Positions 13,092-26,005 of a stretch of DNA of 64,000 bases are shown piece after piece. Every line of letters begins with the position of its first letter. Position 1 is the first letter of the stretch. The stretch spans positions 84,010,001 to 84,074,000 of the forward strand of contig OX597827.1 of NCBI GenBank assembly GCA_951406725.2, in the 5' to 3' direction. This stretch comes from Octopus vulgaris (taxonomy: Eukaryota). Both the position numbers and the translations under genes were made by a program. The notes beneath the pieces were generated by a model. That model did not search any database. It was given only the letters and a program-made list of their open reading frames with translations, and was not told the DNA's origin.

Positions 13092-13102
13092 CACACACAC
13101 AC

Positions 13103-13184
<82 letters not shown>

Positions 13185-13535
13185 GCACACGCATATACTC
13201 ACACATATACATACGTCCACACGTACACAAATCCAAAGGTATATTTTTTCTCTCTGAAGATATTCTGCTCAGGTCATATAAATTTAATATTCATTGAATA
13301 TTTATTGAAACAGCTGTAAGCATTGATGATTAATTTGCTGTTAATTATAAACAATTAGTAACTTCCCAATTTCCATTTTCTTTTTCGTTTTTTATATGAA
13401 TATTTTTATGAAGGTTTTTATATATCCACCTATTAGTATAAGGAAATTACTAGGTATTGAACCAGAGATACTAGGTATTGAACCAGTATCTCTTTGGATG
13501 AAACTATCCCTTCATGAGGTTAACACACCCTCTAA

Positions 13536-13586
<51 letters not shown>

Positions 13587-13954
13587 GAGAGAGATGGAGG
13601 AAAAAGTCGACCATCACTAATCTGGCTACCAATGATAATTCGATTCTGTCCCTAATTTGGATATAATTTCCGGTTCAGTGGCCTACTAATGTAGGAGTTG
13701 CCAAGAGAATTACTGTAGCTGTACGTTTTTGTTTCACAGACGTTTTACATTAAAATATTCCTTGGTTTTCATTTAAGAATTCTTTTCTCTTGATTAACCA
13801 GCTTGGACTGATTTACAGAAGATTTTAAATGTCAGAGGCGGGGTTAACTGCTGGGTGAACTGTATGTGCAAACCTAACTCCAGCTGATCTGGCAAGCCCG
13901 ACTGGCATTCCAGAGGTCACAACAATGCCGGCTTAGTCAGGGTCGACTTACCGA

Positions 13955-15164
13955 ATGCGGATCCTGCATCTTACGTCACGCGACTCAGGTCATTCTTTGC
14001 TGACCTGCCACCAATGCTTCCTTGCGCCCAGTCTGTTTCTTCTGCAGTACCTCCGGATATTTCTACTTAAACTCACGTGTTTGTAAGGAATGATGCCGTC
14101 AAGGGACCGCCCACACCTCCCTACTCTGGTCCCCATCGTGTTCTTAGGAACTCACCGAAGCTGTTTACTGTGGACATTCACGGAGAAAAAAAAATGAGAC
14201 TGTCTCTATCGACAAAGTTTTAAAAAATCCTTTTCTGAAACCTTTATGCCACTTGCTGACACACCCATCATTCCACAAGCACTGCTAACTCCATCCCCAC
14301 AAGCACCACCTCCACTCACCAAAACACCAACTACACAAGCACATTCTTCACCCTACAGGACACCTTCTGGCAGATCTGTTCATTGGCTGAAGAAATTGTC
14401 TCAGACTATTTACATTCCTTAACTTTGACTTACCAGTGACTGCTCCGCAGAATAGACTCATGTTTCTTATACACACCGCACTCATAGTTCTCCTCTTTCT
14501 CTATCATTGTGCATTTTCACACGTTTCCTTACAAAGAAACACTATATGTACATACGCAGCATACACGCACATCTTTCAACAAGATTTTTCTATCATACTT
14601 CGTTCTGTTTGATTGGACATCTTTCTTTGCTGAATGTTTCTTTCTTTGTACACATTTGCAAATGTATTTTTTCAATTGTTCTGCCATAGTTCCGATTCTG
14701 TCTTTCATACATTTCGTTCTCTACAAGAACATACATTTTTTTCTGCATGTTTCTTCCATGTTTGTACTCTTGCATTGTTCATACAACTGTCTTGCCGTGT
14801 TTCATTCTTCTGTACCCTTCTGTTGCACACGTACGTTTCGCCTACCTTCCTTTTGTTAGACCGTTTGCAGTCTAAGGGTGGGGGATGTAGGCGCAGTTAC
14901 CTCCCCTGACTAGCTGTCTAAATAGTTCGCCACTCGGTGGCAGCACGTGAGGCTCCGGCACTCAGTCCTTTCTCTTTGTCATCGCGACAGCAGCGTGCGA
15001 GGACGTGACCTCATTAGCTCCTGCATAAGACACGCAACAGCCAATAGACATTGGAGCAGATATGACGTAGGATACACGGAAGCTGAACACTTCTAAATAA
15101 CTTTCATGATTTATTCAACTTGTATATATTTGTGATCGAGAGTAAAAGGCATTTGAAAGCTACA
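13955..15164 (+). mobile_element. Ty3/Gypsy 3' remnant: integrase C-terminus (GPY/F), polypurine tract and 3' LTR (14886-15164)
   Basis: Translation DPASYVTRLRSFF...THVFVRNDAVKGPPTPPYSGPHRVL...ETVSIDK. The purine tract aagggtggggga directly precedes TGTAG at 14886, with the matching CTACA ending at 15164. Confidence 0.7.
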
Positions 15165-15709
15165 GCTTGGTTCTGTGGATATTCGTTGTAAAGTGTTCTT
15201 TCTTCGAATGACATTCCAGCTTTCCGAACGCAGTCGTTATTAGATGGTTTGACCACGTGACACCACGACCGTCCATTAACTAAAGCTACTGAGACTAACC
15301 GCTATACATGAAATGATGTAGTCCTAGATTTACTGTGTCTAAATCCAAGACGGGGTGTTCAAACGGGCTGAAACTTCTTTGATCACAGTGCAGGATCCCG
15401 ACTGATCTGGAGCAAACACCAACAACGTCCACAGCTGTATTTTTGTTACATAATTAATCAAAGATCAATAAATACCTGGCTGATTGATGAAAGAGGAGTC
15501 GAGTGACTTTTCTGTTGCTAAGCAACGAAACAACACTTGATCTCTCCTCCCCTTCCTCCCCTCCTTTTCCTCCTCAGACACTCCCCCCTCTCCTATCTCC
15601 ATTCTGCTCTTTCCTTTCCTGTCTCCTACCTTCCCTCTCTCTGTCTTAGCTTTCCGCAACTCTTCCTTTTTCACTTATGCTGCCGGTGGTGTGAGCAGTT
15701 GAGTTTAGG

Positions 15710-15740
<31 letters not shown>

Positions 15741-15747
<7 letters not shown>

Positions 15748-16650
15748 CTTTATTCACCATAAGTTTGAGAAAAAGAGGGGACAAAACAAACGTTGGGGTC
15801 AGGGTACCGAATGAGACGAAACGTATGAATAAACAAACAATTAAAATATATACAATTAAATGAGAATGAGTGAATAACAAAAAATGAAGCGGAGGACGTG
15901 GTTGACCCCACAAACCACAGACTCACACTGAAGATCCTGCTTTCTCCGTTTTTACGTTCTCGGTTAAACAGGTTCTTTCACTCGCAACATACTTGCTATA
16001 GACTTCCATCTTTTACGAAACACACTTTGCGACAGGCATTTCTTCTCCAGCCTTATTTTCCGTTTCATGTGGAAAACGAAAAAGTCGATTAGCTCGAGAC
16101 TGGAGATAAACATGCCTGTTGCAATTCCTTTTACTCTCGTCTTCCACACTACTTCTTTCGCCATAGCAACTACCGAGAGAAAACAGGCTCGCTCCTCCCT
16201 ATTCGGCGGAACTATCTTAATTACAGATTGACAGCAGGTGTTCGACATAAGCCCAGAGTTCAGTCACCTTGGGGCATTGCACAATCGCGTGCAGGACAGT
16301 TTCACTGTCCCTCTTACATCTTGCACAAACCGGCGAAGGTGCACACCCATGTCTAAAGAGCTTATCTCGAACCGGTAAAGCTCCTCTGTAACATTGCCAG
16401 GCCAGGGACTTTTGGTAATTATCCATAGGCCCCGGACCGAATGTTCTTTGGAACAGGCTGGCCAGTTGATTTTCGTCGAAGCCCAGGGTTTCTCCCAGGA
16501 CGACGTCACACTTAAACTCTACTAACCCTATATAGAAGAACGAGGTAGTACCCCCGCCACCGGCGTTGCCCGACTGGGAGAGAAGCACGAGGCCTGATGG
16601 CACTCTAGATGCCACACGCCAACCTCGGTCGACACTTGATCCTGAACAAA
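15741..16650 (-). mobile_element. Tx1/L1-like LINE 3' end (zf-RVT domain, 3' UTR)
   Basis: LAWQCYRGALPVRDKLFRHG..CARCKRDSETVLHAIVQC (CCHC zf-RVT) and AMAKEVVWKTR. Minus-strand aataaa is followed by (CT)n. Confidence 0.8.
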
Positions 16651-16676
16651 GCAGCACGGAAACACACATACATACT

Positions 16677-16679
<3 letters not shown>

Positions 16680-16710
<31 letters not shown>

Positions 16711-16746
16711 TGTATGTATGTATGTATGTATGTGTATATTTATATT

Positions 16747-16779
<33 letters not shown>

Positions 16780-16860
16780 GTATGTGTATATTTATATATA
16801 TATGTATGTATGTGTATATTTATATATATATATGTATGTATGTATGTATGTGTATATTTA

Positions 16861-16895
<35 letters not shown>

Positions 16896-16904
16896 GTATA
16901 TTTA

Positions 16905-16940
<36 letters not shown>

Positions 16941-16952
16941 TGTGTATATTTA

Positions 16953-16985
<33 letters not shown>

Positions 16986-16994
16986 ATATTTATA

Positions 16995-17025
<31 letters not shown>

Positions 17026-17034
17026 GTATATTTA

Positions 17035-17065
<31 letters not shown>

Positions 17066-17074
17066 GTATATTTA

Positions 17075-17105
<31 letters not shown>

Positions 17106-17112
17106 GTATATT

Positions 17113-17146
<34 letters not shown>

Positions 17147-17162
17147 TGTATGTGTATATTTA

Positions 17163-17193
<31 letters not shown>

Positions 17194-17204
17194 GTATATT
17201 TATA

Positions 17205-17235
<31 letters not shown>

Positions 17236-17522
17236 GTATATTTATATATATATGTATGTATGTATGTAGGTATGTATGTGTATATTTATATATATATGTA
17301 TATATGTATGTATGTATGTATGTGTATATTTATATATATATGTATATATATTATATATGTATGTATGTATGTGTATATTTATATATATATATATGTATGT
17401 ATGTATGTATGTATATATGTGTATATTTATATATATATGTATGTATGTATGTGTATATTTATATATATATGTATGTATGTATGTGTATATTTATATATAT
17501 ATGTATGTATGTATGTGTATAT

Positions 17523-17559
<37 letters not shown>

Positions 17560-17571
17560 TATATATATATG

Positions 17572-17603
<32 letters not shown>

Positions 17604-17798
17604 TATGTATGTATGTATATGTATGTATGTATGTATGTATATATATATATATGTATGTATATATATATATGTATGTATGTATGTATATATATAAAATGTA
17701 TGTATGTATATATATGTATGTATGTATGTATGTATATATATGTATGTATGTATGTATATATATGTATGTATGTATATATATGTACGTATATATGCATG

Positions 17799-17829
<31 letters not shown>

Positions 17830-17830
17830 G

Positions 17831-17866
<36 letters not shown>

Positions 17867-17875
17867 TGTATATAT
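16680..17875. repeat. (TATG)n/(TA)n compound satellite with a higher-order unit
   Basis: The anchor tgtgtatatttatatatat recurs about 20 times between ~16731 and ~17530. Confidence 0.95.
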
Positions 17876-17932
17876 TGTTGATTCGCTAGCCTCTACACGC
17901 ATTTTTTTCTCTCCTTGTTTCTTCTCTGTGTA

Positions 17933-17970
17933 TCTTTCTGTTGAAGAGTGTAGGCTCGAAACGTAAAAGA
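17933..17970 (+). ncRNA. Minimal type I hammerhead-like motif of Penelope pLTR type, with one core substitution
   Basis: tcttt-CTGTTGA-a-gag(tgtagg)ctc-GAAA-cg-TA-aaaga. Stem I is 5 bp, stem III is the palindrome ACGT, and core A6 is changed to T. Confidence 0.55.
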
Positions 17971-18096
17971 CTTGTTTTATTTATATTCCTGAGCGCCATA
18001 CTAATACAATTGTTTGTTTGTATTCCACCTGCCTTCGTCTTTTGTTTATGTTCATAAAGCTTCCCGTTATATATATGTATGTATATATATGTATGT

Positions 18097-18145
<49 letters not shown>

Positions 18146-18423
18146 GGTATATATATATATATGTATGTATGTATGTAAATATATATGTATGTATATATAT
18201 GTGTATGTATGTATATATATGTGTATGTATGTATATATATGTGTATGTATGTATATATATGTATGTATGTATATATATATATGTATGTATGTATGTATAT
18301 ATATGTATGTATGTATGTATATATATATATATATATGTATACATATATATATGTGTGTGTATATATACATATATGCATGCACAGGTAGATTTGTAAACAT
18401 GCTGTTATATAGGTGAAAATATA

Positions 18424-18985
18424 TGAGGTCTGATCAATAAGTATCCGGACTGTTGCTATAGTAATGAAGCTAAAGCACGCAAAGTGCATGCGCACTCAGT
18501 TCTAACGTTCTGGCTCACTTCCGCTGTTTACAGCAGTGCCTGGAAGAAACATGTGTAGAGTGGAATCGTCGCATTGACCATGACAGAGAAAGTTGTTATG
18601 GCGATACCTTCTCAGAGGCCAACGCGAAGTTGCAGAAAGTGTATGGAGAGGAGAGTATGAGCCGCAGACGAGTGTACGAGTGGTTCAAATGTTTTCAAGA
18701 TGGCCGAAAAATGTCGATATTTACGGACGTTCTGGGAGACCCGCAACCAGCAGAACTGAGAAAAACATCGCAGATGTGCTTGCAGCTATGAGGGGAAATC
18801 GTCAAATCACCATCCGTGAGTTATCAGAGGATGTGCAGATTAGTCACGGTTCAGTTCAGTCCATTGTTACTGAAGACTTGGGTATGAGACGCGTGTCTTC
18901 CAAGTTTGCGCCAAAACTGCTTTCAGCTGACCAAAAAGACATTCGGGTTTCAGTTGCACAAGATCTCCTTGATTGTCTGAATGTG
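18424..18985 (+). mobile_element. mariner transposon 5' half (TIR plus HTH region)
   Basis: TA-tgaggtctgatcaataagtatccgg terminus; LQKVYGEESMSRRRVYEWFK, then RSGRPATS...RQITIRELSE...LGMRRVSSKFAPKLLS (variant of the WVPHEL motif). Confidence 0.85.
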
Positions 18986-18990
18986 TGAAT

Positions 18991-19023
<33 letters not shown>

Positions 19024-19179
19024 TGGTAAAACGGTAAGATAACAAAAGGAAGAAAGAGACCTCAATATTATGTAAATAGAGGAAATTTATCTATAAATTA
19101 ATGTTACATTACTCGATAGTCAAGATAAAAATCAGAGTTTTATCTTGAGTATCGAGTAATGTAACATATTATTTTATAG

Positions 19180-19226
<47 letters not shown>

Positions 19227-19296
19227 GCATCCTCAGACACACACTACGTTGGCCGTGTGTTAATATGTAAAGCCATCACTAAAAGTCATATGTATG

Positions 19297-19330
<34 letters not shown>

Positions 19331-19776
19331 TGTATGTATGTATGTATGTATGTATGTATGTATGTATGTATGTATGTATGTATATGTATGTGTGTGTGTG
19401 TGGGGGGGTACATGTGTATGTACATATGAACGTATGTTTATGTACTGACATGTGTTCAAGTTGTATACATGACTGTTACCATGTCGAAAGTTGTACACAC
19501 ACACACGTGTGTCCCTCTCACCACCGTCTAACGGTGAATGAATGCAATGTCTTAGATACATACATGCAAATATAAACCTACCTATACATATAAACAAGCA
19601 CACACAATCATATAGACACTTATACACACTCACATATATACGTATAATCTTAAAGTATACATCCCTATACGCTTATCCATCTACACATATACGTATTTGT
19701 CACTATTATCGCGGACAACGGTTAAAATTCAAATTTGTTTTTTTTCTTTTCTTTTCTCTTTTTTAAAAAAAATATT

Positions 19777-19824
<48 letters not shown>

Positions 19825-19826
<2 letters not shown>

Positions 19827-22800
19827 GGCTGCCCCCTCGTTATCGAGTATGGCCATTGCACGAAGCTTAACTGTTACTGGTGCTGTGATCGAATGTGACT
19901 TTTTAGCCCAGCTAAAGATCTACAATGTACAGAATTGGCAACTAAAACCTTTACCGGTAATAGTCGGCTGTAGTTGTAACTGGGCTTCATGTATCTTTGC
20001 ATGTCGTTTAAGTCCTTCTGCCAAATTACACTCTCTTCCACATGCCCGACAGATATGATTAGTATGGTGTGTTACACCACCACCAGTGGCCAGGTTGTCA
20101 CTCATCTGTCTCGCTTTATGACTACGAAGATGACTCTTGAGTGCAGCTTTACTGAGGCAGGGTCTTGCACAGACATTGCATGTCAGCATCAAAGAAAGAC
20201 CCTTCCCTTCTGGAAGTGTAACAGCGATGCCCTTCCTGACATCCCTCCTTACTTTCTCATGTGCAACTCGAGATTTCTTCAAATTGGCTGTCCCCTCATG
20301 CACAATCCTTCTCCACCTGCTACGATCAATAGCTATGCCTTCCCATGTGTCAGGAGAGATGCAAGCATCTCTTAAGGAAGCCTTCAGCAAGTCTTTATAC
20401 CTCTTTTTTGGTTTATGTGGAGGTCGTTCTCCTTTAGCTAACTCTCCATAAAAGAGTTGTTTTGGCATCCTTGAATCCTTCATCCTGACCAGATGACCAC
20501 TCCATCTGAGCCTTTGCTTTAACACAAGAGCTTCTATACTTTCACACCGAGAGCCTTCCAATATTTCAAGATCACTGATGCGGTCCTTCCACTTAATGCC
20601 ATAGATCCGTCTGAGGCACATCTGATGGAAACGTTCTAGTTGTTTAAGGTGGTATCGATATGTGACCCACGTCTCGCAGGCATAGAGAAGGGAAGGGAGC
20701 ACACATGCCTTGTACACCTTTATCTTTGTCTTTCTGCATATGTCTCGCCGACTCCAGAGGCGCTTTTCTAGCCTTCCGAAAGCAACACTTGCTTTCCTAA
20801 TTCTATATGGAATTTCATCATCCAAATTGCTATATCTATTAATAGTGCTTCCCAGGTAGACAAACTGATCAACTACATCAAGTCGTTTACCATACACATA
20901 GATATTTGGTACACTATACTGCTTACCAGGGGTAGGTTGATGCATGACAACAGTTTTCTTGAGATTTACTGTCAATCCTAAGGCAGTGCAAGCATCAGAG
21001 AATGCATTCAAAATGTGTTGCATATCAATCTCTGTGTGTGCTACTAGCTCACAATCATCTGCATACAAAAGGTCTCTTATGATAGAGTTAAATACCTTTG
21101 TTTTTGCAGCCAGGCGCCTGATATTAAATATGCTGCCAGAGGTTCGATAATGGACGTAAACACCATATCTGCAGTTTCTGAATGCAATACAGAACATCAT
21201 TGCAAAATATATGGAAAATAGGGTCGGTGCCAGAATATCCCCCTGTTTCACTCCATTTTGTATTGAAATGGGCTCCGACATGTTCTCGCTAACATTCACC
21301 CTACCATTCATGTCTTCATGAAAAGACCTAACCAAAGCAAGGAACTTTTCAGGACACCCAAGTTTCTGGAGGACTTTCCACAATGCTTTTCTATTGACGG
21401 TATCAAAGGCTTTTGTCAGATAGACAAAAACCTGATACAAATCCAGACCCTGTTCCACACACTTCTCCTGAAGCTGTCTAGCTGAAAAGATCCTATCAGC
21501 AGTGCCACGTCCCACATGAAAGCCAGATTGACTTTCTGGAAGAACACAATCTGCAACGTGTTTCAGCAGACGATCCAGAAGTACCCTGCATAAAACCTTT
21601 CCTATGACAGACAGCAATGATACTCCCCTATAATTACCACAATCATTCCTGTTGCCCTTTCCCTTATACAGGACCACCATTACTGTATCTCTCCAGTCCT
21701 CAGGTACAAATTCACTAGTCCATATCTTACTAAACAAAGAGTGAAGTTTCTGCAGAAGTTTCTCACCACCATGCTGTAACAACTCCGCATGTGTGCCATC
21801 CATACCCGGAGACTTCCCATTATTCAACCTTGAGACAGCCATTGCAACGTCTTCCAACTTTGGTGGTTCTGCGAGTGCTGCCTTCACAGGTAATCCAGGA
21901 ATGAGATTGAGAACATCCTCACTAACTACAGACTGCTGATTCAAAAGTTTATCAAAGTGTTCTTGTCACCTTCGCAGAATTTCTTGTGAATCACGAAGAA
22001 GTTCTTTACCAACCCTGCTTCGAATTGGTGTCATCAGGGAAGATGTCGGTCCATAAACTTCTCGCAAGAGACCATACAACAGCTTTGTGTTATTGGAATC
22101 TGATGCTGCCTGTATCTCATCAGCCTTCTTACTCCACCACGTATCCCTCATCTGAGAGAGCTTTTGCCTCACACGTGATTTTTCGTCCTTGAGTTCCCTA
22201 TGCAACACTTCCCTTTCCTGTGGCTTTACTGACAAATAGCGTGACAAAATACGTCTTTTATCAGCCAATAAATCATCTATATGTTCATCATTTTCTTTGA
22301 ACCAATCTTGATACTTTCTTTGTATCAATCCCAGAACTTTCTTGTCTATATCATAAACTGACTTTTTAAGGGTCGGCCAATCCTCCCCAATATCTGCAGC
22401 ATTCATTTCCTCTCGTAAAGTTCTCTTCACACTATTATACCTAAGACGATCAACATTCAGTCTTTTAGGCAGGGTAATCCCTGCAGCTCGGATTTTATGT
22501 TTTGTGACTAATTTTACTTTTGCGCGTACTAAGCGGTGGTCATCCAACACTCAGCTCCACGAAGAACACGAACACACTGCACATCCTGTCTGTCACGCGC
22601 CCTAACTAGGATGTAATGCCATTCTTTAGATGTAGGGTGCATCCATGTAGTCTTAAGCTTATTCTTTTGTTGAAACATGGTATTGGTAACACACAGACGC
22701 AGCTCCTCACACATCTGCAGCAAAAGCATGCCATTACTATTACACTTCCCCACCCCATGCTTTCCAATTACAGTCCAGGTGTTAAAATCCCTACCCACTC

Positions 22801-23190
22801 TAGCATTAAAGTCACCCAGTACGATGACTCTGTCTGCCGAGGGATATTTCTTATAATGTCCTTCAAAGCATGGTAGAAAGAAAGTTTTTCGTCATCAGTA
22901 TAGCACATAGTTGGAGCATACACACTCACCAAGGTCATATAATTTCCTTTAGACAAAGAAATTCTCATGGACATAAGACGCTCATTAATTCCGATTGGGA
23001 ATTCTTCCAACTTGTCCACAAGAGTAGTCTTAACAGCAAATGCCACTCCAGCTTCTCCTCTAGACTTTTCATTCCTCCCTTTCCAAAAGAATGTATATTT
23101 TCCACAAGATTCTTTAAGATGACCATCTCCAGGTAATCTCGTCTCAGATAGAGCAACGATGTCAAGATCATAGCGTTGAAGCTCCTTCGC
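19825..23190 (-). mobile_element. Near full-length RTE-clade LINE (APE, RT and three C-terminal C2H2 fingers), frameshifted
   Basis: APE: ELQRYDLDIVALSETR, SVYAPT, KTTWMHP, DHRLV. RT ORF 19920-21944: KSPGMDG, NYRGVSLLS, KAFDTV, GVKQGDILAPTLF, LLYADD, RLRWSGH. The 3' stem-loop ctcg-ataa-cgag precedes (TA)n. Confidence 0.95.
19920..21944 (-). pseudogene. RTE reverse transcriptase ORF segment (674 aa open)
   Basis: Present in the ORF track with the RT motifs listed above. It is disconnected from the upstream APE by frameshifts. Confidence 0.9.
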
Positions 23191-23439
23191 ATATATATAT
23201 ATACCTACGCACATCCTCATACGTGCATGCATGTACACACTCATACACACACATATACTCACACGTACACACACACATATACTCACACGTACACACACAC
23301 ATACATCTTCACATGCGTACATACGTATCGATCTATGTACACTCATACGGTTATCTATAACTACATATATGTACCTCAGTATCATGCCTCTCAACATGTA
23401 TGTATGGATTTCTACATGTAAATGGGAGAAAGCAGTGGT

Positions 23440-24582
23440 TATAGATGGGTACTCCCGAGTGGAGTCTGGGTGTTACCCCATTCGGATTTACAGTTGAGAG
23501 TGAGTCTGTATTCTTGTATACAGACAGCTTTGCATCAGTGGGATGTGTAGATAAGATGTCTAACCTAAGTCTCCCTAAGGAGCTATTGTGACAGTCTGCA
23601 GAATGCTAATAGAAGATGGAGTTTTTTTTATCAATGTAGTTGTCCAGGTGTTCTTTGAACCTATCATTGATGCTGCTAGAGGTCTCACCAATATGATGAC
23701 TCTGGGATAATCGCGCAAGCCCCTTCTAAGGCACTTAATCTGGTATACAGTGGTTTTCTTTTTACAGTTCATATGTGGGTTTGTAGAACATACTGCACAA
23801 TTATTCTGACACGTGATTCTATCAAATGGGTATGATTTACTTAATACAGATTTGATAAATCCTAGCTGTCGTTTCTACAATTTTGATCTTAAGGCCAGTT
23901 GTGCACAGGATTTTCTTGAATGCCTTACTTAATTTGTTCCTGGGTGTAGCGTCAATAAACATTACACTGTGAAATTTCTTGTTACCATAGTAAGTATTAT
24001 TCTTATTTCTTTTGTTGGTGTCCCTCTCCAACCAATTCCAGAACTTGTTGCGGTATAGAGGGCATATACCATTTTCGTCATCTCTTAGAATGCGTTCGAA
24101 TCTCGTTTCCGCTCCTTTATACACTCTGATTCTATCGTACTGTGTGTATCCGGAACGATGCATTCGGAATGTGTAGTGCTGGATGTGTTGTTGTTGTTCT
24201 TGTGGTTGGCATAGTGGGGATACGTTCCTCATTACTCTGCCACGAGGATGTTGATTTTGGTAGTCCTCGACATTGCTGGGTGGGAAAAGCATATACAAGA
24301 TTATTGCATGACAGATATTCGCCGGTACAAGTCGGGGTCAGGAAGAGGCCTAGTTCATATACATCCACGTTTTTAAATATCATATTACTCTCACAAATTA
24401 ACTCGATAGCAATGGAAGTATATAGTGATACCACATCCATGCTATCTACGATGTGGTCACTGATGTCGCATGTGTTGTTGCATTCGCGGATCCTGTTAAG
24501 GAGGTCGTCAGTACTATCAGATACATCTGTAGATAATTCTATCATAGGTCGTAGGAATTGTGAGAGATATGATAGTTTGTGG
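23440..24582 (-). mobile_element. Penelope-like element remnant (RT fragment, Cys-rich linker, C-terminal GIY-YIG)
   Basis: STDDLLNRI...SMDVVSLYTSI (RT); SVMFIDATP..L; PFDRITCQNNCAVC...NCKKKTTVYQIKC; HIGETSSSINDRFKEH; LNCKSEWG, read across frameshifts. Confidence 0.8.
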
Positions 24583-24981
24583 CTGTTCCTGGCGATGGAC
24601 CTGATTGACTTGAAGCGATCTTTGCCAATCATGACCTGGATCTCACTAACAAATTCAGGAGTTCTTTTCTTATCAGAACGATCAGAGTGAGTTTTCCGAG
24701 CTGCCGTACCTTTGCCATCACCATTAGACTCATCCAACTCTTTACGAATCCTCCTCACCGTCCTCAGATTGACACCCAAACACTCTGAAATGTTCGTATT
24801 GCAGCGAATGCTAAGCAGAACTGCTCGTCGTTTCCAAATTTCTGACAGAGTGAATTGTGCCATGGTTTTCTCACAAACGGTGCCCTACTATACTCTGTAG
24901 TCGACAAAATCAAAACCAAACCATGCGCATGCGCGAAATTAAAAATATAAAATGGCGACAATCCACCCATCGCACAATGTA
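24583..24981 (-). mobile_element. maT/Tc1-like transposon 5' fragment, same family as 9340-10128
   Basis: MAQFTLSEIWKRRAV...GVNLRTVRRIRKEL...KSIRSIAR; shares ttttgtcgact with 9340; degenerate left TIR tacattgtgcg...ttgtcgcc. Confidence 0.8.
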
Positions 24982-25049
24982 CGATGGATAATTGTCAGCT
25001 GATTATAGCTGTCTCTTATGTAACTTTTAATAGAAGAATGAGAACATTA

Positions 25050-25745
25050 CATCATTATAAAAGACTGTAATCATCAGAGGAGAAGTAATTTTTCAACATA
25101 AAAGAATCTCCAAGAACACAGCCGGCCAATGTTGCTCACTTATCGACACATCCTGCCCGTTTGGTTCCAGGGTCGTAAAGAAAGAAGAAGAAGAAATAGA
25201 ACACCTTAAAATTTGAAATAGGAAGAATTTGGAGCATGGGAACATTAAAGGTCGTTCCTACAAAAATTGGTGCGTTGGGAACCGTAAACACAGATATATA
25301 TTTCTTTACTACCCACAAGGGGCTAAACATAGAGGTACAAACAAGGACAGACAAAGGGATTAAGTCGATTACACCGACCCAGTGCGAAACTGGTACTTTA
25401 TTTATCGACCCCGAGAGGATAAAGGCAAAGTCGACCTCGGCGGAATTTGAACTCAGAACGTGACGACATACGAAATACCGCTAAGCATTTCGCCCGGCGC
25501 GCCGCCTCACCGTAAACACAGATTTAGACAAATGTTTGAAGGAGATTGGAATAGAATGTCCGGTAGAGCGCCTATAAGAAGTTTGTCTCTTGGGGACAGC
25601 AAGGATTGTCAGGAGGGTTCTAAGCATTTGAAAGGGAGCTGAAAACTTGTGGATTCCTAAGGTTACAGTTAGTAACCCGCGACCCACATATATCTCCTAC
25701 GATGAATAAGACCCAACCTGAGACAAACCAAAATAATAAGAATAA
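25050..25745 (+). mobile_element. R4/Dong-like (restriction-like endonuclease) LINE 3' remnant, interrupted by a SINE
   Basis: LKFEIGRIWSMGTLKVVPTKIGALGTV matches the C-terminal motif seen at 59930-60020. Ends in aataataagaataat. Confidence 0.55.
25296..25508 (-). mobile_element. SINE insertion with a 15-bp target-site duplication
   Basis: accgtaaacacagat at 25281-25295 and 25509-25523 flanks a reverse copy of the 11505 SINE family. Confidence 0.85.
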
Positions 25746-25964
25746 TACTGGCTTCAATTTTGGCACAAGGCCAGCCATTTTGGGGGAGGGGATGTATCGA
25801 TTACATCGACTCCAATACTCAGCTACTACTTATTTAATCGACCCCGAAAGGATGAAAGGCAAAGTCGACGCCGGCGGAATTTGAACTCAGAACGTAGCAG
25901 CAAACGAAATACCACCAAGCGTTTCGTCTTGCATGTTAATGATGCTGCCAACTCGTCGCTTTTG

Positions 25965-26005
<41 letters not shown>

